Source of the DNA: Auanema rhodensis | Lineage: Eukaryota; Animalia; Nematoda | Direction of reading: 5' to 3' | Assembly (NCBI GenBank): GCA_964057225.1 | Contig: OZ059898.1 | Span: 1,364,001-1,428,000, forward strand | DNA: 64,000 bases | Position numbers and translations under genes: made by a program | In this document: positions 41,401-54,200 of the stretch, in pieces | Layout: the number at the start of each line of letters is the position of its first letter | Numbering within the stretch: the first letter of the stretch is position 1 | Notes under the pieces: generated by a model | What the model saw: the letters and a program-made list of their open reading frames with translations, nothing else | What the model was told of the DNA's origin: nothing | Database searches by the model: none

Positions 41401-44400
41401 CCTCGATTTTCACCCTGAAGAATTAATTTTTTCGTTGAATAACATTGTCCATCATCTTTGCTTTGAAAAAAGGAATCTAAAAACATCTACTTTTTGCTAA
41501 ATTATTTTGAAATTTTTCGTAAAAATTTTTGTCAAAATGTTTTTGGAAGCAATGTTGAGTGTACATGGAAACTCAACATACACTAATGCATCATTTTTCA
41601 AACGATCATAACTAATTTTTGTATTAAGCGTTTCTCAATGTAGTATAGTGCATTCGATGCGGATTTTTAAGCTGCGTCGATCTGTGTTATCAGATTTGCG
41701 CTAGCTTAAAAATGCACCGAGATATCAACTGATATAAGTTCACACTTATATCCTCGATTTTCACCCTGAAGAATTAATTTTTTCGTTGAATAACATTGTC
41801 CATCATCTTTGCTTTGAAAAAAGGAATCTAAAAACATCTACTTTTTGCTAAATTATTTTGAAATTTTTCGTAAAAATTTTTGTCAAAATGTTTTTGGAAG
41901 CAATGTTGAGTGTACATGGAAACTCAACATACACTAATGCATCATTTTTCAAACGATCATAACTAATTTTTGTATTAAGCGTTCCTCAATGTAGTATAGT
42001 GCTTTCGATGCGGATTTTTAAGCTGCGTCGATCTGTGTTATCAGATTTGCGCTAGCTTAAAAATGCACCGAGATATCAACTGGTATAAGTTCACACTTAT
42101 ATCCTCGATTTTCACCCTGAAGAATTAATTTTTTCGTTGAATAACAGTGTCCATCGTCTTTGCCTTGAAAAAAGGAATCTAAAAACATCTACTTTTTGCT
42201 AAATTATTTTGAAATTTTTCGAAAAAATTTTTGTCAAAATGTTTTTGGAAGCAATGTTGAGTGTACATGGAAACTCAACATACACTAATGCATCATTTTT
42301 CAAACGATCATAACTAATTTTTGTATTAAGCGTTTTTCAATGTAGTATAGTGCATTCGATGCGGATTTTTAAGCTGCGTCGATCTGTGTTATCAGATTTG
42401 CGCTAGCGTAAAAATGCACCGAGATATCAACTGGTATAAGTTCACAATTATATCCTCGATTTTCACCCTGAAGAATTAATTTTTTCGTTGAATAACATTG
42501 TCCATCGTCTTTGCCTTGAAAAAAGGAATCTAAAAACATCTACTTTTTGCTGAATTATTTTGAAATTTTTCGAAAAAATTTTTGTCAAAATGTTTTTGGA
42601 AGCAATGTTGAGTGTACATGGAAACTCAACATACACTAATGCATCATTTTTCAAACGATCATAACTAATTTTTGTATTAAGCGTTTTTCAATGTAGTATA
42701 GTGCATTCGATGCGGATTTTTAAGCTGCGTCGATCTGTGTTATCAGATTTGCGCTAGCTTAAAAATGCACCGAGATATCAACTGGTATAAGTTCACACTT
42801 ATATCCTCGATTTTCACCCTGAAGAATTAATTTTTTCGTTGAATAACATTGTCCATCGTCTTTGCCTTGAAAAAAAGAATCTAAAAACATCTACTTTTTG
42901 CTAAATTATTTTGAAATTTTTCGAAAAAATTTTTGTCAAAATGTTTTTGGAAGCAATGTTGAGTGTACATGGAAACTCAACATACACTAATGCATCATTT
43001 TTCAAACGATCATAACTAATTTTTGTATTAAGCGTTTCTCAATGTAGTATAGTGCATTCGATGCGGATTTTTAAGCTGCGTCGATCTGTGTTATCAGATT
43101 TGCGCTAGCTTAAAAATGCACCGAGATATCAACTGGTATAAGTTCACACTTATATCCTCGATTTTCACCCTGAAGAATTGATTTTTTCGTTGAATAACAT
43201 TGTCCATCGTCTTTGCCTTGAAAAAAGGAATCTAAAAACATCTACTTTTTGCTAAATTATTTTGAAATTTTTCGAAAAAATTTTTGTCAAAATGTTTTTG
43301 GAAGCAATGTTGAGTGTACATGGAAACTCAACATACACTAATGCATCATTTTTCAAACGATCATAACTAATTTTTGTATTAAGCGTTTTTCAATGTAGTA
43401 TAGTGCATTCGATGCGGATTTTTAAGCTGCGTCGATCTGTGTTATCAGATTTGCGCTAGCGTAAAAATGCACCGAGATATCAACTGGTATAAGTTCACAA
43501 TTATATCCTCGATTTTCACCCTGAAGAATTAATTTTTTCGTTGAATAACATTGTCCATCGTCTTTGCCTTGAAAAAAGGAATCTAAAAACATCTACTTTT
43601 TGCTAAATTATTTTGAAATTTTTCGAAAAAATTTTTGTCAAAATGTTTTTGGAAGCAATGTTGAGTGTACATGGAAACTCAACATACACTAATGCATCAT
43701 TTTTCAAACGATCATAACTAATTTTTGTATTAAGCGTTTTTCAATGTAGTATAGTGCATTCGATGCGGATTTTTAAGCTGCGTCGATCTGTGTTATCAGA
43801 TTTGCGCTAGCTTAAAAATGCACCGAGATATCAACTGGTATAAGTTCACACTTATATCCTCGATTTTCACCCTGAAGAATTAATTTTTTCGTTGAATAAC
43901 ATTGTCCATCGTCTTTGCCTTGAAAAAAGGAATCTAAAAACATCTACTTTTTGCTAAATTATTTTGAAATTTTTCGAAAAAATTTTTGTCAAAATGTTTT
44001 TGGAAGCAATGTTGAGTGTACATGGAAACTCAACATACACTAATGCATCATTTTTCAAACGATCATAACTAATTTTTGTATTAAGCGTTTCTCAATGTAG
44101 TATAGTGCATTCGATGCGGATTTTTAAGCTGCGTCGATCTGTGTTATCAGATTTGCGCTAGCTTAAAAATGCACCGAGATATTAACTGATATAAGTTCAC
44201 ACTTATATCCTCGATTTTCACCCTGAAGAATTAATTTTTTCGTTGAATAACAGTGTCCATCGTCTTTGCCTTGAAAAAAGGAATCTAAAAACATCTACTT
44301 TTTGCTAAATTATTTTGAAATTTTTCGAAAAAATTTTTGTCAAAATGTTTTTGGAAGCAATGTTGAGTGTACATGGAAACTCAACATACACTAATGCATC

Positions 44401-47400
44401 ATTTTTCAAACGATCATAACTAATTTTTGTATTAAGCGTTTTTCAATGTAGTATAGTGCATTCGATGCGGATTTTTAAGCTGCGTCGATCTGTGTTATCA
44501 GATTTGCGCTAGCTTAAAAATGCACCGAGATATCAACTGGTATAAGTTCACAATTATATCCTCGATTTTCACCCTGAAGAATTAATTTTTTCGTTGAATA
44601 ACATTGTCCATCGTCTTTGCCTTGAAAAAAGAAATCTAAAAACATCTACTTTTTGCTAAATTATTTTGAAATTTTTCGAAAAAATTTTTGTCAAAATGTT
44701 TTTGGAAGCAATGTTGAGTGTACATGGAAACTCAACATACACTAATGCATCATTTTTCAAACGATCATAACTAATTTTTGTATTAAGCGTTTTTCAATGT
44801 AGTATAGTGCATTCGATGCGGATTTTTAAGCTGCGTCGATCTGTGTTATCAGATTTGCGCTAGCTTAAAAATGCACCGAGATATCAACTGGTATAAGTTC
44901 ACACTTATATCCTCGATTTTCACCCTGAAGAATTAATTTTTTCGTTGAATAACATTGTCCATCGTCTTTGCCTTGAAAAAAGGAATCTAAAAACATCTAC
45001 TTTTTGCTAAATTATTTTGAAATTTTTCGAAAAAATTTTTGTCAAAATGTTTTTGGAAGCAATGTTGAGTGTACATGGAAACTCAACATACACTAATGCA
45101 TCATTTTTCAAACGATCATAACTAATTTTTGTATTAAGCGTTTCTCAATGTAGTATAGTGCATTCGATGCGGATTTTTAAGCTGCGTCGATCTGTGTTAT
45201 CAGATTTGCGCTAGCTTAAAAATGCACCGAGATATTAACTGATATAAGTTCACACTTATATCCTCGATTTTCACCCTGAAGAATTAATTTTTTCGTTGAA
45301 TAACAGTGTCCATCGTCTTTGCCTTGAAAAAAGGAATCTAAAAACATCTACTTTTTGCTAAATTATTTCGAAATTTTTCGAAAAAATTTTTGTCAAAATG
45401 TTTTTGGAAGCAATGTTGAGTGTACATGGAAACTCAACATACACTAATGCATCATTTTTCAAACGATCATAACTAATTTTTGTATTAAGCGTTTTTCAAT
45501 GTAGTATAGTGCATTCGATGCGGATTTTTAAGCTGCGTCGATCTGTGTTATCAGATTTGCGCTAGCTTAAAAATGCACCGAGATATCAACTGGTATAAGT
45601 TCACACTTATATCCTCGATTTTCACCCTGAAGAATTAATTTTTTCGTTGAATAACATTGTCCATCGTCTTTGCCTTGAAAAAAGGAATCTAAAAACATCT
45701 ACTTTTTGCTAAATTATTTTGAAATTTTTCGAAAAAATTTTTGTCAAAATGTTTTTGGAAGCAATGTTGAGTGTACATGGAAACTCAACATACACTAATG
45801 CATCATTTTTCAAACGATCATAACTAATTTTTGTATTAAGCGTTTCTCAATGTAGTATAGTGCATTCGATGCGGATTTTTAAGCTGCGTCGATCTGTGTT
45901 ATCAGATTTGCGCTAGCTTAAAAATGCACCGAGATATTAACTGATATAAGTTCACACTTATATCCTCGATTTTCACCCTGAAGAATTAATTTTTTCGTTG
46001 AATAACAGTGTCCATCGTCTTTGCCTTGAAAAAAGGAATCTAAAAACATCTACTTTTTGCTAAATTATTTTGAAATTTTTCGAAAAAATTTTTGTCAAAA
46101 TGTTTTTGGAAGCAATGTTGAGTGTACATGGAAACTCAACATACACTAATGCATCATTTTTCAAACGATCATAACTAATTTTTGTATTAAGCGTTTTTCA
46201 ATGTAGTATAGTGCATTCGATGCGGATTTTTAAGCTGCGTCGATCTGTGTTATCAGATTTGCGCTAGCTTAAAAATGCACCGAGATATCAACTGGTATAA
46301 GTTCACAATTATATCCTCGATTTTCACCCTGAAGAATTAATTTTTTCGTTGAATAACAGTGTCCATCGTCTTTGCCTTGAAAAAAGGAATCTAAAAACAT
46401 CTACTTTTTGCTAAATTATTTTGAAATTTTTCGAAAAAATTTTTGTCAAAATGTTTTTGGAAGCAATGTTGAGTGTACATGGAAACTCAACATACACTAA
46501 TGCATCATTTTTCAAACGATCATAACTAATTTTTGTATTAAGCGTTTTTCAATGTAGTATAGTGCATTCGATGCGGATTTTTAAGCTGCGTCGATCTGTG
46601 TTATCAGATTTGCGCTAGCTTAAAAATGCACCGAGATATCAACTGGTATAAGTTCACAATTATATCCTCGATTTTCACCCTGAAGAATTAATTTTTTCGT
46701 TGAATAACATTGTCCATCGTCTTTGCCTTGAAAAAAGAAATCTAAAAACATCTACTTTTTGCTAAATTATTTTGAAATTTTTCGAAAAAATTTTTGTCAA
46801 AATGTTTTTGGAAGCAATGTTGAGTGTACATGGAAACTCAACATACACTAATGCATCATTTTTCAAACGATCATAACTAATTTTTGTATTAAGCGTTTTT
46901 CAATGTAGTATAGTGCATTCGATGCGGATTTTTAAGCTGCGTCGATCTGTGTTATCAGATTTGCGCTAGCTTAAAAATGCACCGAGATATCAACTGGTAT
47001 AAGTTCACACTTATATCCTCGATTTTCACCCTGAAGAATTAATTTTTTCGTTGAATAACATTGTCCATCGTCTTTGCCTTGAAAAAAGGAATCTAAAAAC
47101 ATCTACTTTTTGCTAAATTATTTTGAAATTTTTCGAAAAAATTTTTGTCAAAATGTTTTTGGAAGCAATGTTGAGTGTACATGGAAACTCAACATACACT
47201 AATGCATCATTTTTCAAACGATCATAACTAATTTTTGTATTAAGCGTTTCTCAATGTAGTATAGTGCATTCGATGCGGATTTTTAAGCTGCGTCGATCTG
47301 TGTTATCAGATTTGGGCTAGCTTAAAAATGCACCGAGATATTAACTGATATAAGTTCACACTTATATCCTCGATTTTCACCCTGAAGAATTAATTTTTTC

Positions 47401-48927
47401 GTTGAATAACAGTGTCCATCGTCTTTGCCTTGAAAAAAGGAATCTAAAAACATCTACTTTTTGCTAAATTATTTTGAAATTTTTCGAAAAAATTTTTGTC
47501 AAAATGTTTTTGGAAGCAATGTTGAGTGTACATGGAAACTCAACATACACTAATGCATCATTTTTCAAACGATCATAACTAATTTTTGTATTAAGCGTTT
47601 CTCAATGTAGTATAGTGCATTCGATGCGGATTTTTAAGCTGCGTCGATCTGTGTTATCAGATTTGCGCTAGCTTAAAAATGCACCGAGATATTAACTGAT
47701 ATAAGTTCACACTTATATCCTCGATTTTCACCCTGAAGAATTAATTTTTTCGTTGAATAACAGTGTCCATCGTCTTTGCCTTGAAAAAAGGAATCTAAAA
47801 ACATCTACTTTTTGCTAAATTATTTTGAAATTTTTCGAAAAAATTTTTGTCAAAATGTTTTTGGAAGCAATGTTGAGTGTACATGGAAACTCAACATACA
47901 CTAATGCATCATTTTTCAAACGATCATAACTAATTTTTGTATTAAGCGTTTTCCAATGTAGTATAGTGCATTCGATGCGGATTTTTAAGCTGCGTCGATC
48001 TGTGTTATCAGATTTGCGCTAGCTTAAAAATGCACCGAGATATCAACTGGTATAAGTTCACACTTATATCCTCGATTTTCACCCTGAAGAATTAATTTTT
48101 TCGTTGAATAACATTGTCCATCGTCTTTGCCTTGAAAAAAGGAATCTAAAAACATCTACTTTTTGCTAAATTATCTTGAAATTTTTCGAAAAAATTTTTG
48201 TCAAAATGTTTTTGGAAGCAATGTTGAGTGTACATGGAAACTCAACATACACTAATGCATCATTTTTCAAACGATCATAACTAATTTTTGTATTAAGCGT
48301 TTCTCAATGTAGTATAGTGCATTCGATGCGGATTTTTAAGCTGCGTCGATCTGTGTTATCAGATTTGCGCTAGCTTAAAAATGCACCGAGATATTAACTG
48401 ATATAAGTTCACACTTATATCCTCGATTTTCACCCTGAAGAATTAATTTTTTCGTTGAATAACATTGTCCATCGTCTTTGCCTTGAAAAAAGGAATCTAA
48501 AAACATCTACTTTTTGCTAAATTATTTTGAAATGTTTCGAAAAAATTTTTGTCAAAATGTTTTTGGAAGCAATGTTGAGTGTACATGGAAACTCAACATA
48601 CACTAATGCATCATTTTTCAAACGATCATAACTAATTTTTGTGTTAAGCGTTTTTCAATGTAGTATAGTGCATTCGATGCGGATTTTTAAGCTGCGTCGA
48701 TCTGTGTTATCAGATTTGCGCTAGCTTAAAAATGCACCGAGATATCAACTGGTATAAGTTCACACTTATATCCTCGATTTTCACCCTGAAGAATTAATTT
48801 TTTCGTTGAATAACATTGTCCATCGTCTTTGCCTTGAAAAAAGGAATCTAAAAACATCTACTTTTTGCTAAATTATCTTGAAATTTTTCGAAAAAATTTT
48901 TGTCAAAATGTTTTTGGAAGCAATGTT
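8418..48927 (+). repeat. 351-bp tandem satellite, ~115 head-to-tail monomers
   Basis: GGAATC anchors at 9531 and 48843 are 39312 bp = 112 x 351 apart. Monomers differ by only a few recurring substitutions. Confidence 0.98.
48923..48927 (+). other. Left copy of 5-bp target-site duplication ATGTT
   Basis: The satellite reads GGAAGCA-ATGTT-GAGTG. ATGTT lies on both sides of the element, and satellite phase shifts by exactly 7543+5 bp (anchors 48843 and 56742). Confidence 0.9.
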
Positions 48928-49248
48928 TGTTTCGTATATTATACGAAATTTAATGAAAGTAACGGAGAAACTATTAAAAAAGTGAGAATTCATTAAATAT
49001 TAAAATCATCCTGAAAAGAAATTATTCATTAATCATTTATTCTCATTTGGTTTGAGAAAAACCGGTTGTATACGCGTCACGTCATAAGCGCGTGAAATTG
49101 ACGTAACGAGGACTATAAAGTTATCTTTCAGTTCACATAGTTGGCTCATAGCGCGTAGTCGCATATTTAATATTATATATATCGTGATTCATAAAATATT
49201 TCTTATAAATAAATCATTTTCATTATATTTCGTTTTAATTTCGAGATA
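48928..49248 (+). repeat. 5' LTR (321 bp, TGTTTCG...CGAGATA)
   Basis: Base-for-base direct repeat of 56150-56470 by eye. Contains an ACGT/CGCG cluster (49071-49108), TATAAA (49114-49119) and AATAAA (49208-49213). Confidence 0.96.
49071..49133 (+). promoter_or_regulatory. LTR core promoter: ACGT-motif cluster plus TATA box
   Basis: TACGCGTCACGTCATAAGCGCGTGAAATTGACGTAACG is a CpG-rich patch in an AT-rich LTR and is followed by TATAAAG. Function is inferred from position. Confidence 0.6.
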
Positions 49249-49255
49249 TAAAAAG

Positions 49256-49267
49256 TGGTGCATCGGC
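49256..49267 (+). promoter_or_regulatory. Primer-binding site, tRNA-Gly(GCC) type
   Basis: TGGTGCATCGGC starts 7 nt after the 5' LTR and is complementary to the ...GCCGATGCACCA 3' end of invertebrate tRNA-Gly(GCC) (recalled from memory). Confidence 0.8.
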
Positions 49268-49377
49268 AAATCTAGAATCACAAACATAAAAGAAATATCA
49301 ATTCCAAAAATAAGATCAATTCTTAAACAGAGAATAAACTTATAAAATTAATTGGAAAAAAAAAATTATAAGCTGAA

Positions 49378-51291
49378 ATGAGCAGTCAAGGAAACAAAAA
49401 TGACAATAGTGCCTATAAATCAGCTATACAAAGAAAAATAAACTGTACATTAGCAAGAAGAGAAAAAATAAAAATTATTTTCGATTCAGATTTGAACGAA
49501 ATGGAAGTTTATTTACCAGAAATAAAGGAATACTTAAATTATTTTGTTAGATTCATGGAAAGTGTGATTTCTCTCAGAATTGAAGAAGATTTTCCAATTA
49601 TAAAAGAAAAAGTTGAAAATTCAATCATAATTGAAAACTGGGAAAGCATAAAAAATGAAATATACTTTATTGCGAAAAATATTAATAGTGATATACAAAG
49701 CGCTTCACGAGAAGAAATAAAATTATGCATCAGAAATTTCAAATTAAATGAAAAAGACTTCCTAGAAGCAATAAATCAAAAAGATTTAATCGAAATCGAA
49801 GAGGAACCCTCAGATAATGAAGAGGAAACTCAATTTTCTTCAGAAGAAGATTTAGAATCGGAATACGAAAAGTTATCACAAAGATTCACTCCTACCAACT
49901 TCAAAATTAACCAATTTAAAAGCAAACATGCAAAATATGTGTACCAAACCCCAATCAAAAAAGGTACACCTAATTTAATAATATCCCCAAGAGCAAAACA
50001 AACAGTTCAATATAAAGAAAACGATTTACTATCAAAAATAAAACAATTGACAAACAATTTAAATGAATTAAAAACGAAATATAATGAAGAAATTGGAAAA
50101 ACACATAAAAAATGTGAAATACACAAAAGAACAGAAAAGTACGAAAGTAATGAAGAATATAATACAGAATCAGATGAAGAAAATATATCTTATGGAAAAA
50201 ACAAACACAAGATCATGAAAAATGAAGGATTCAAACCAAAAATGGAATTACAAAAATTTGATGGAGAAATCAAAAAATTTAAAGAATTTTACAACATGTT
50301 CAAAATGCTCATACATAATAATAAAAAAATAACAAAATTAGAAAAATTATACTATCTCAAAACATCACTTACCGGCTTCCCATCACAACTGTTGGAACAC
50401 ATCAGCCTAGAGGCGAACAATTATGCAAAAGCTCTGAAATTGTTAAAAGATACGTTTGATAGACCTTACGAAATTAAAAAAGATTTAAAAATGGAGCTTA
50501 GTAACGTAAGAAAATCATATAACAACCCAATACATGCAAGAGAAAATTTTTATAAAATTAAGTCAATAATATCAGCATTAGAAGAGTACGAAAACGTTGA
50601 TAATGATGAAATAATAGAAATAATAAAAAGCAAATTTGATATAGAGATCAACACAAAAATATCCGAAATAGAAATAACAGAAAAAAGGAGAATGAACATA
50701 GAAGACGTGCTAAAATGCATAGAAATCAAAATAGAAGCAGGAATTGCAGCAACAAAAAACAGCAAAAGTGAAAAATATGAGCATAGATCAACAATTAATT
50801 TTTTGACAAATTCAAATAAAGAAAGAAATCCGAAAACAATAAAAAATTATAATAGAATGAACGAAAATAATTATAGCCCTACAAAACAAATTGAAAAAAC
50901 ATGCATATACTGTAGAATGGATAATCATGATACGAAATACTGTAGAAAATTAAAACCAATTAGCGAAAAGCGAAATATTATTATGCAAAACAAAGTATGC
51001 TGGATTTGTTTTAGCAAAAAACATTCATCATTCGAATGTAAAGAAAAACCATGCGAAATATGCAATGGACGGCATCATCAAAGCATTTGCATAAAAAACC
51101 AATATGCTAATGAGCAAACTACACTCAAAAACAACAGAAACGCATATGCTAATGAAGGTACCCCAAACCAAAATGAAAGAAAATATTATGCTAATGAAGA
51201 GAGAGGCCAAAAACCTCAACTAACAGGTGGCAATCAAGAACCATTAGGGCAAAATTTTCGAATAATGAAAAATGTAATAGAAAAGGGATAA
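49378..51291 (+). CDS. gag: Gag protein, 637 aa (BEL/Pao capsid region of DUF1759 type plus three CCHC knuckles)
   Basis: LQKFDGEIKKFKEFYNMF...EKLYYLKTSLTG capsid-type motif. Knuckles are CIYCRMDNHDTKYC, CWICFSKKHSSFEC and CEICNGRHHQSIC. Confidence 0.93.
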   Translation: MSSQGNKNDNSAYKSAIQRKINCTLARREKIKIIFDSDLNEMEVYLPEIKEYLNYFVRFMESVISLRIEEDFPIIKEKVENSIIIENWESIKNEIYFIAKNINSDIQSASREEIKLCIRNFKLNEKDFLEAINQKDLIEIEEEPSDNEEETQFSSEEDLESEYEKLSQRFTPTNFKINQFKSKHAKYVYQTPIKKGTPNLIISPRAKQTVQYKENDLLSKIKQLTNNLNELKTKYNEEIGKTHKKCEIHKRTEKYESNEEYNTESDEENISYGKNKHKIMKNEGFKPKMELQKFDGEIKKFKEFYNMFKMLIHNNKKITKLEKLYYLKTSLTGFPSQLLEHISLEANNYAKALKLLKDTFDRPYEIKKDLKMELSNVRKSYNNPIHARENFYKIKSIISALEEYENVDNDEIIEIIKSKFDIEINTKISEIEITEKRRMNIEDVLKCIEIKIEAGIAATKNSKSEKYEHRSTINFLTNSNKERNPKTIKNYNRMNENNYSPTKQIEKTCIYCRMDNHDTKYCRKLKPISEKRNIIMQNKVCWICFSKKHSSFECKEKPCEICNGRHHQSICIKNQYANEQTTLKNNRNAYANEGTPNQNERKYYANEERGQKPQLTGGNQEPLGQNFRIMKNVIEKG

Positions 51292-54200
51292 TAAGAACTA
51301 ATCTTTTATCAGAAAATATAAATAACACAGAAAAAAATAGAAATAACACATTTTTCATATCATTTTTCAAAACTTATCATAAAAATCTAGTAATATTATT
51401 CGATACTTGCTCTCATCAATCATTTATAAAAGAAAAAACAGCGAAACTGTTGAATTTAAAAATTTTAAACGAAAAATCTTTAAGTATTTCAAGCATAAAT
51501 AACAATATAAAAAACATATCATCTAGAGAAGTTATGTGGGATATTCCCGAAGTCAAAAAAGCAGTAAAACTAATGAGTATTGATCAAATTACAAAATATG
51601 TTAATATGCCCATATTAAATGAAGAGGATATTAAAGAAATCAAAGCATATAAACTAAAAAGTAATACATTATTATTTGAAAAAGGTCTTGTAGAACCAGA
51701 TATTTTAATAGGAATGGACAATTTCTTCGATTTTGTTCCAAAAACTTTCAAATCTATTAATATACGTAATGATTTGATTATAATACCAACTATAATACAT
51801 CCTATTATTGCTCAAAGTGACTGTAATGATAGTAATTCAAAAGAATCCGTTCAAAACGAAGATATAAGCTGTTTTTTAAACGGAATTAGTTTAAATGATG
51901 ATAATAAAAAAGCAACTAAAGAAGAAATACGTAAATATGAAGATAAAATGGCTTGGAAACATTTTTACGATAATGTACAATATGTAAATGATCGAATTAA
52001 AGTTAAATTTCCAATAAGACCGGATGTTCAATCAATTAACAATAATTATGGCAAAAGTATCGGATGTTTGAATGGCATACTGAACACAATGAAAGATAAA
52101 ACCGATATTTTGATGAAATATAACGAAACAATGATGGAACAAATGAAAACTGGAATTCTAGAAATTGCTCCAGAGCAAAATCATCCTTTTTTCACTTATT
52201 ATATACCACATCATTATGTTTTAAAACTGTCGAGCCTGACTACAAAGCTCAGAATTGTTCTAAATGCATCAAGTAAAAAGAAAAATGAAAAATCTCTCAA
52301 TGACATACTGTATCAAGGTGAAGGCATCATACCAAGTCTTGCAGGCATGCTAATAAGACTCAGAATGAGTAGAAACTTCTTAATAGGGGACATAGAGAAA
52401 GCGTTCCACCAAATAGAATTAGACGAAAGTCATAGAGATTTAACAAGAATTTTATGGGTGAAAGACATTCACAAAGGAACGCAGAAAAGTAACATTCTAA
52501 ACTTACGATTTACAAGAATACCTTTTGGAGTGAACAGTTCACCATTCCTATTAGCAGCAAGCATAATTTATTTTTTAAAAACGGAAAAAAGTGAAATCTC
52601 AGAAAATATATTAAGAAACATTTATGTGGACAACATAATGCTGAAAATTGAAAATAAAGATCAAATTTTCAAATTTTATGAGGAAGTAAAAAATTTATTT
52701 TCAAAAATAGGAATGAACGTTAGAGAATTTTATACTAATGATGTAATTCAAAAAGACATGATCCCAATCAAAGACCAGATTAAAGAAACAAGCTTCAAAA
52801 TACTAGGAATGCATTACAACGGTGAAAAAGATGTTTTATTAATAAAAATACCCAAATGGGAAGAGAAGTCTATCACCAAAAGAGGAATTTTGAGCTATAT
52901 AAACTCAATATTCGACCCTCTCGGTATAACACAACCTCTAACATTAAAACTAAGGTTATTCTTGAAAGAAATTTGGGATTCCAAAATAGGATGGGACGAA
53001 CTAATACCAGAAAAACAACAATCAGTATGGAAAACCTTATATAAAAAGATCGAAAACGAAAAAATCGAAATTAAAAGAGCAATTATCGATGAAACAAGCG
53101 ATACATCTCAAAAATATGAATTTTTATTATTCACTGACGCGTCTAAAGATGTCATAGCGGCCGTCGCATATGTGATGAGTATAAATATTCATGGAAAAAT
53201 TGAAAAAATAGATTTTTTATGCTCTAAATCATCGACAATGGTTGAAGGAACCATACCAATGAAAGAACTAACTGCTGTTCTTTTCGGAATGAAAATGTTA
53301 AAAGAAAATATCAAAGAAATAAACGTAAAAATCAAAAATATTAAAATTTTCACTGATTCACAAGTTGTTCTATGTTGGTTACATAAGAATCCAACGAAAA
53401 AAATATATATACGGAACAGATTGAACAAAATAACAGAATTAATAACCGAAATTGAACAAGGAAACCGAAAAATTGAATTTTTTTATGTGAATACAAAGTT
53501 TAATCCTGCCGATTTACCTACGAGAGGTTTAGAAAAACCCGATGAAACATATATGCAATGGATCGAAGGTCCTCAATGGTATAAAGCAGAAAAAGAACGA
53601 AATTTGCACATAAAAACATTGAAAGAAGTTATAGAAAAGTATTGTGATGAACCACAACTAAAAATAGTGACTTTGTTGTTAAAATCTGAAATGAATCCAG
53701 CTGAGAATCAAGATTTAGATTTCTTGGCACAAACTTTTTCATCGTATTCAAAGTTCATTAACATAATTCGCCAAGTTCTAATTTTCATCACTAAAATGCA
53801 GAAAAATATCGGAAAAACAAGTCAAAATCTGCTTGAGAATTTTAATGAAAAAGATACGTTGACAAAAAACAAAATGATTCAACAACTTCTAATAAAATGT
53901 CATCAAAACCAAAACAGCAATTTGCTTAAAAAAGAAAAATACAAGAAATTGGATATAATTACAGATGATTCTGGAATATTAAGAGTGCGAGGCCGATTAA
54001 GCAACTCAGAAAATAGTAACAAACAGTATCCAATTCTTCTTTTTGGAAAAAAAACATTCACTAAACTCATTCTTACTTACATCCATGAGACATCGCTTCA
54101 TAGTTCGCGAGAAACCATGATGGCAATAGTAAGAAGAGAATTTTTCATCATAAAACTTAAAACATGCATAAATACAGTAATTTCAAAATGTTTAAAATGT

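Noticed and set aside
42463-42654. 63-aa minus-strand ORF in the satellite
   Set aside because: It appears only because one SNP (GCTAAA to GCTGAA) removes a stop present in nearly all monomers. No recognisable domain.
48931-48947. loxP-like arms TTCGTATA/TATACGAA at the LTR start
   Set aside because: The spacer is 1 nt rather than 8 and the outer ATAAC/GTTAT bases are absent. Coincidental, not a vector remnant.
51103-51197. CRISPR-like mini-array or Oct-1/TAATGARAT element in the 42-nt repeat
   Set aside because: The repeat is only 11 nt, lies in frame within gag and has no cas context. The octamer resemblance is partial and unsupported.
51450-51452. TTG as the pol start codon
   Set aside because: The context is eukaryotic, and the protease catalytic motif lies upstream in the same frame.
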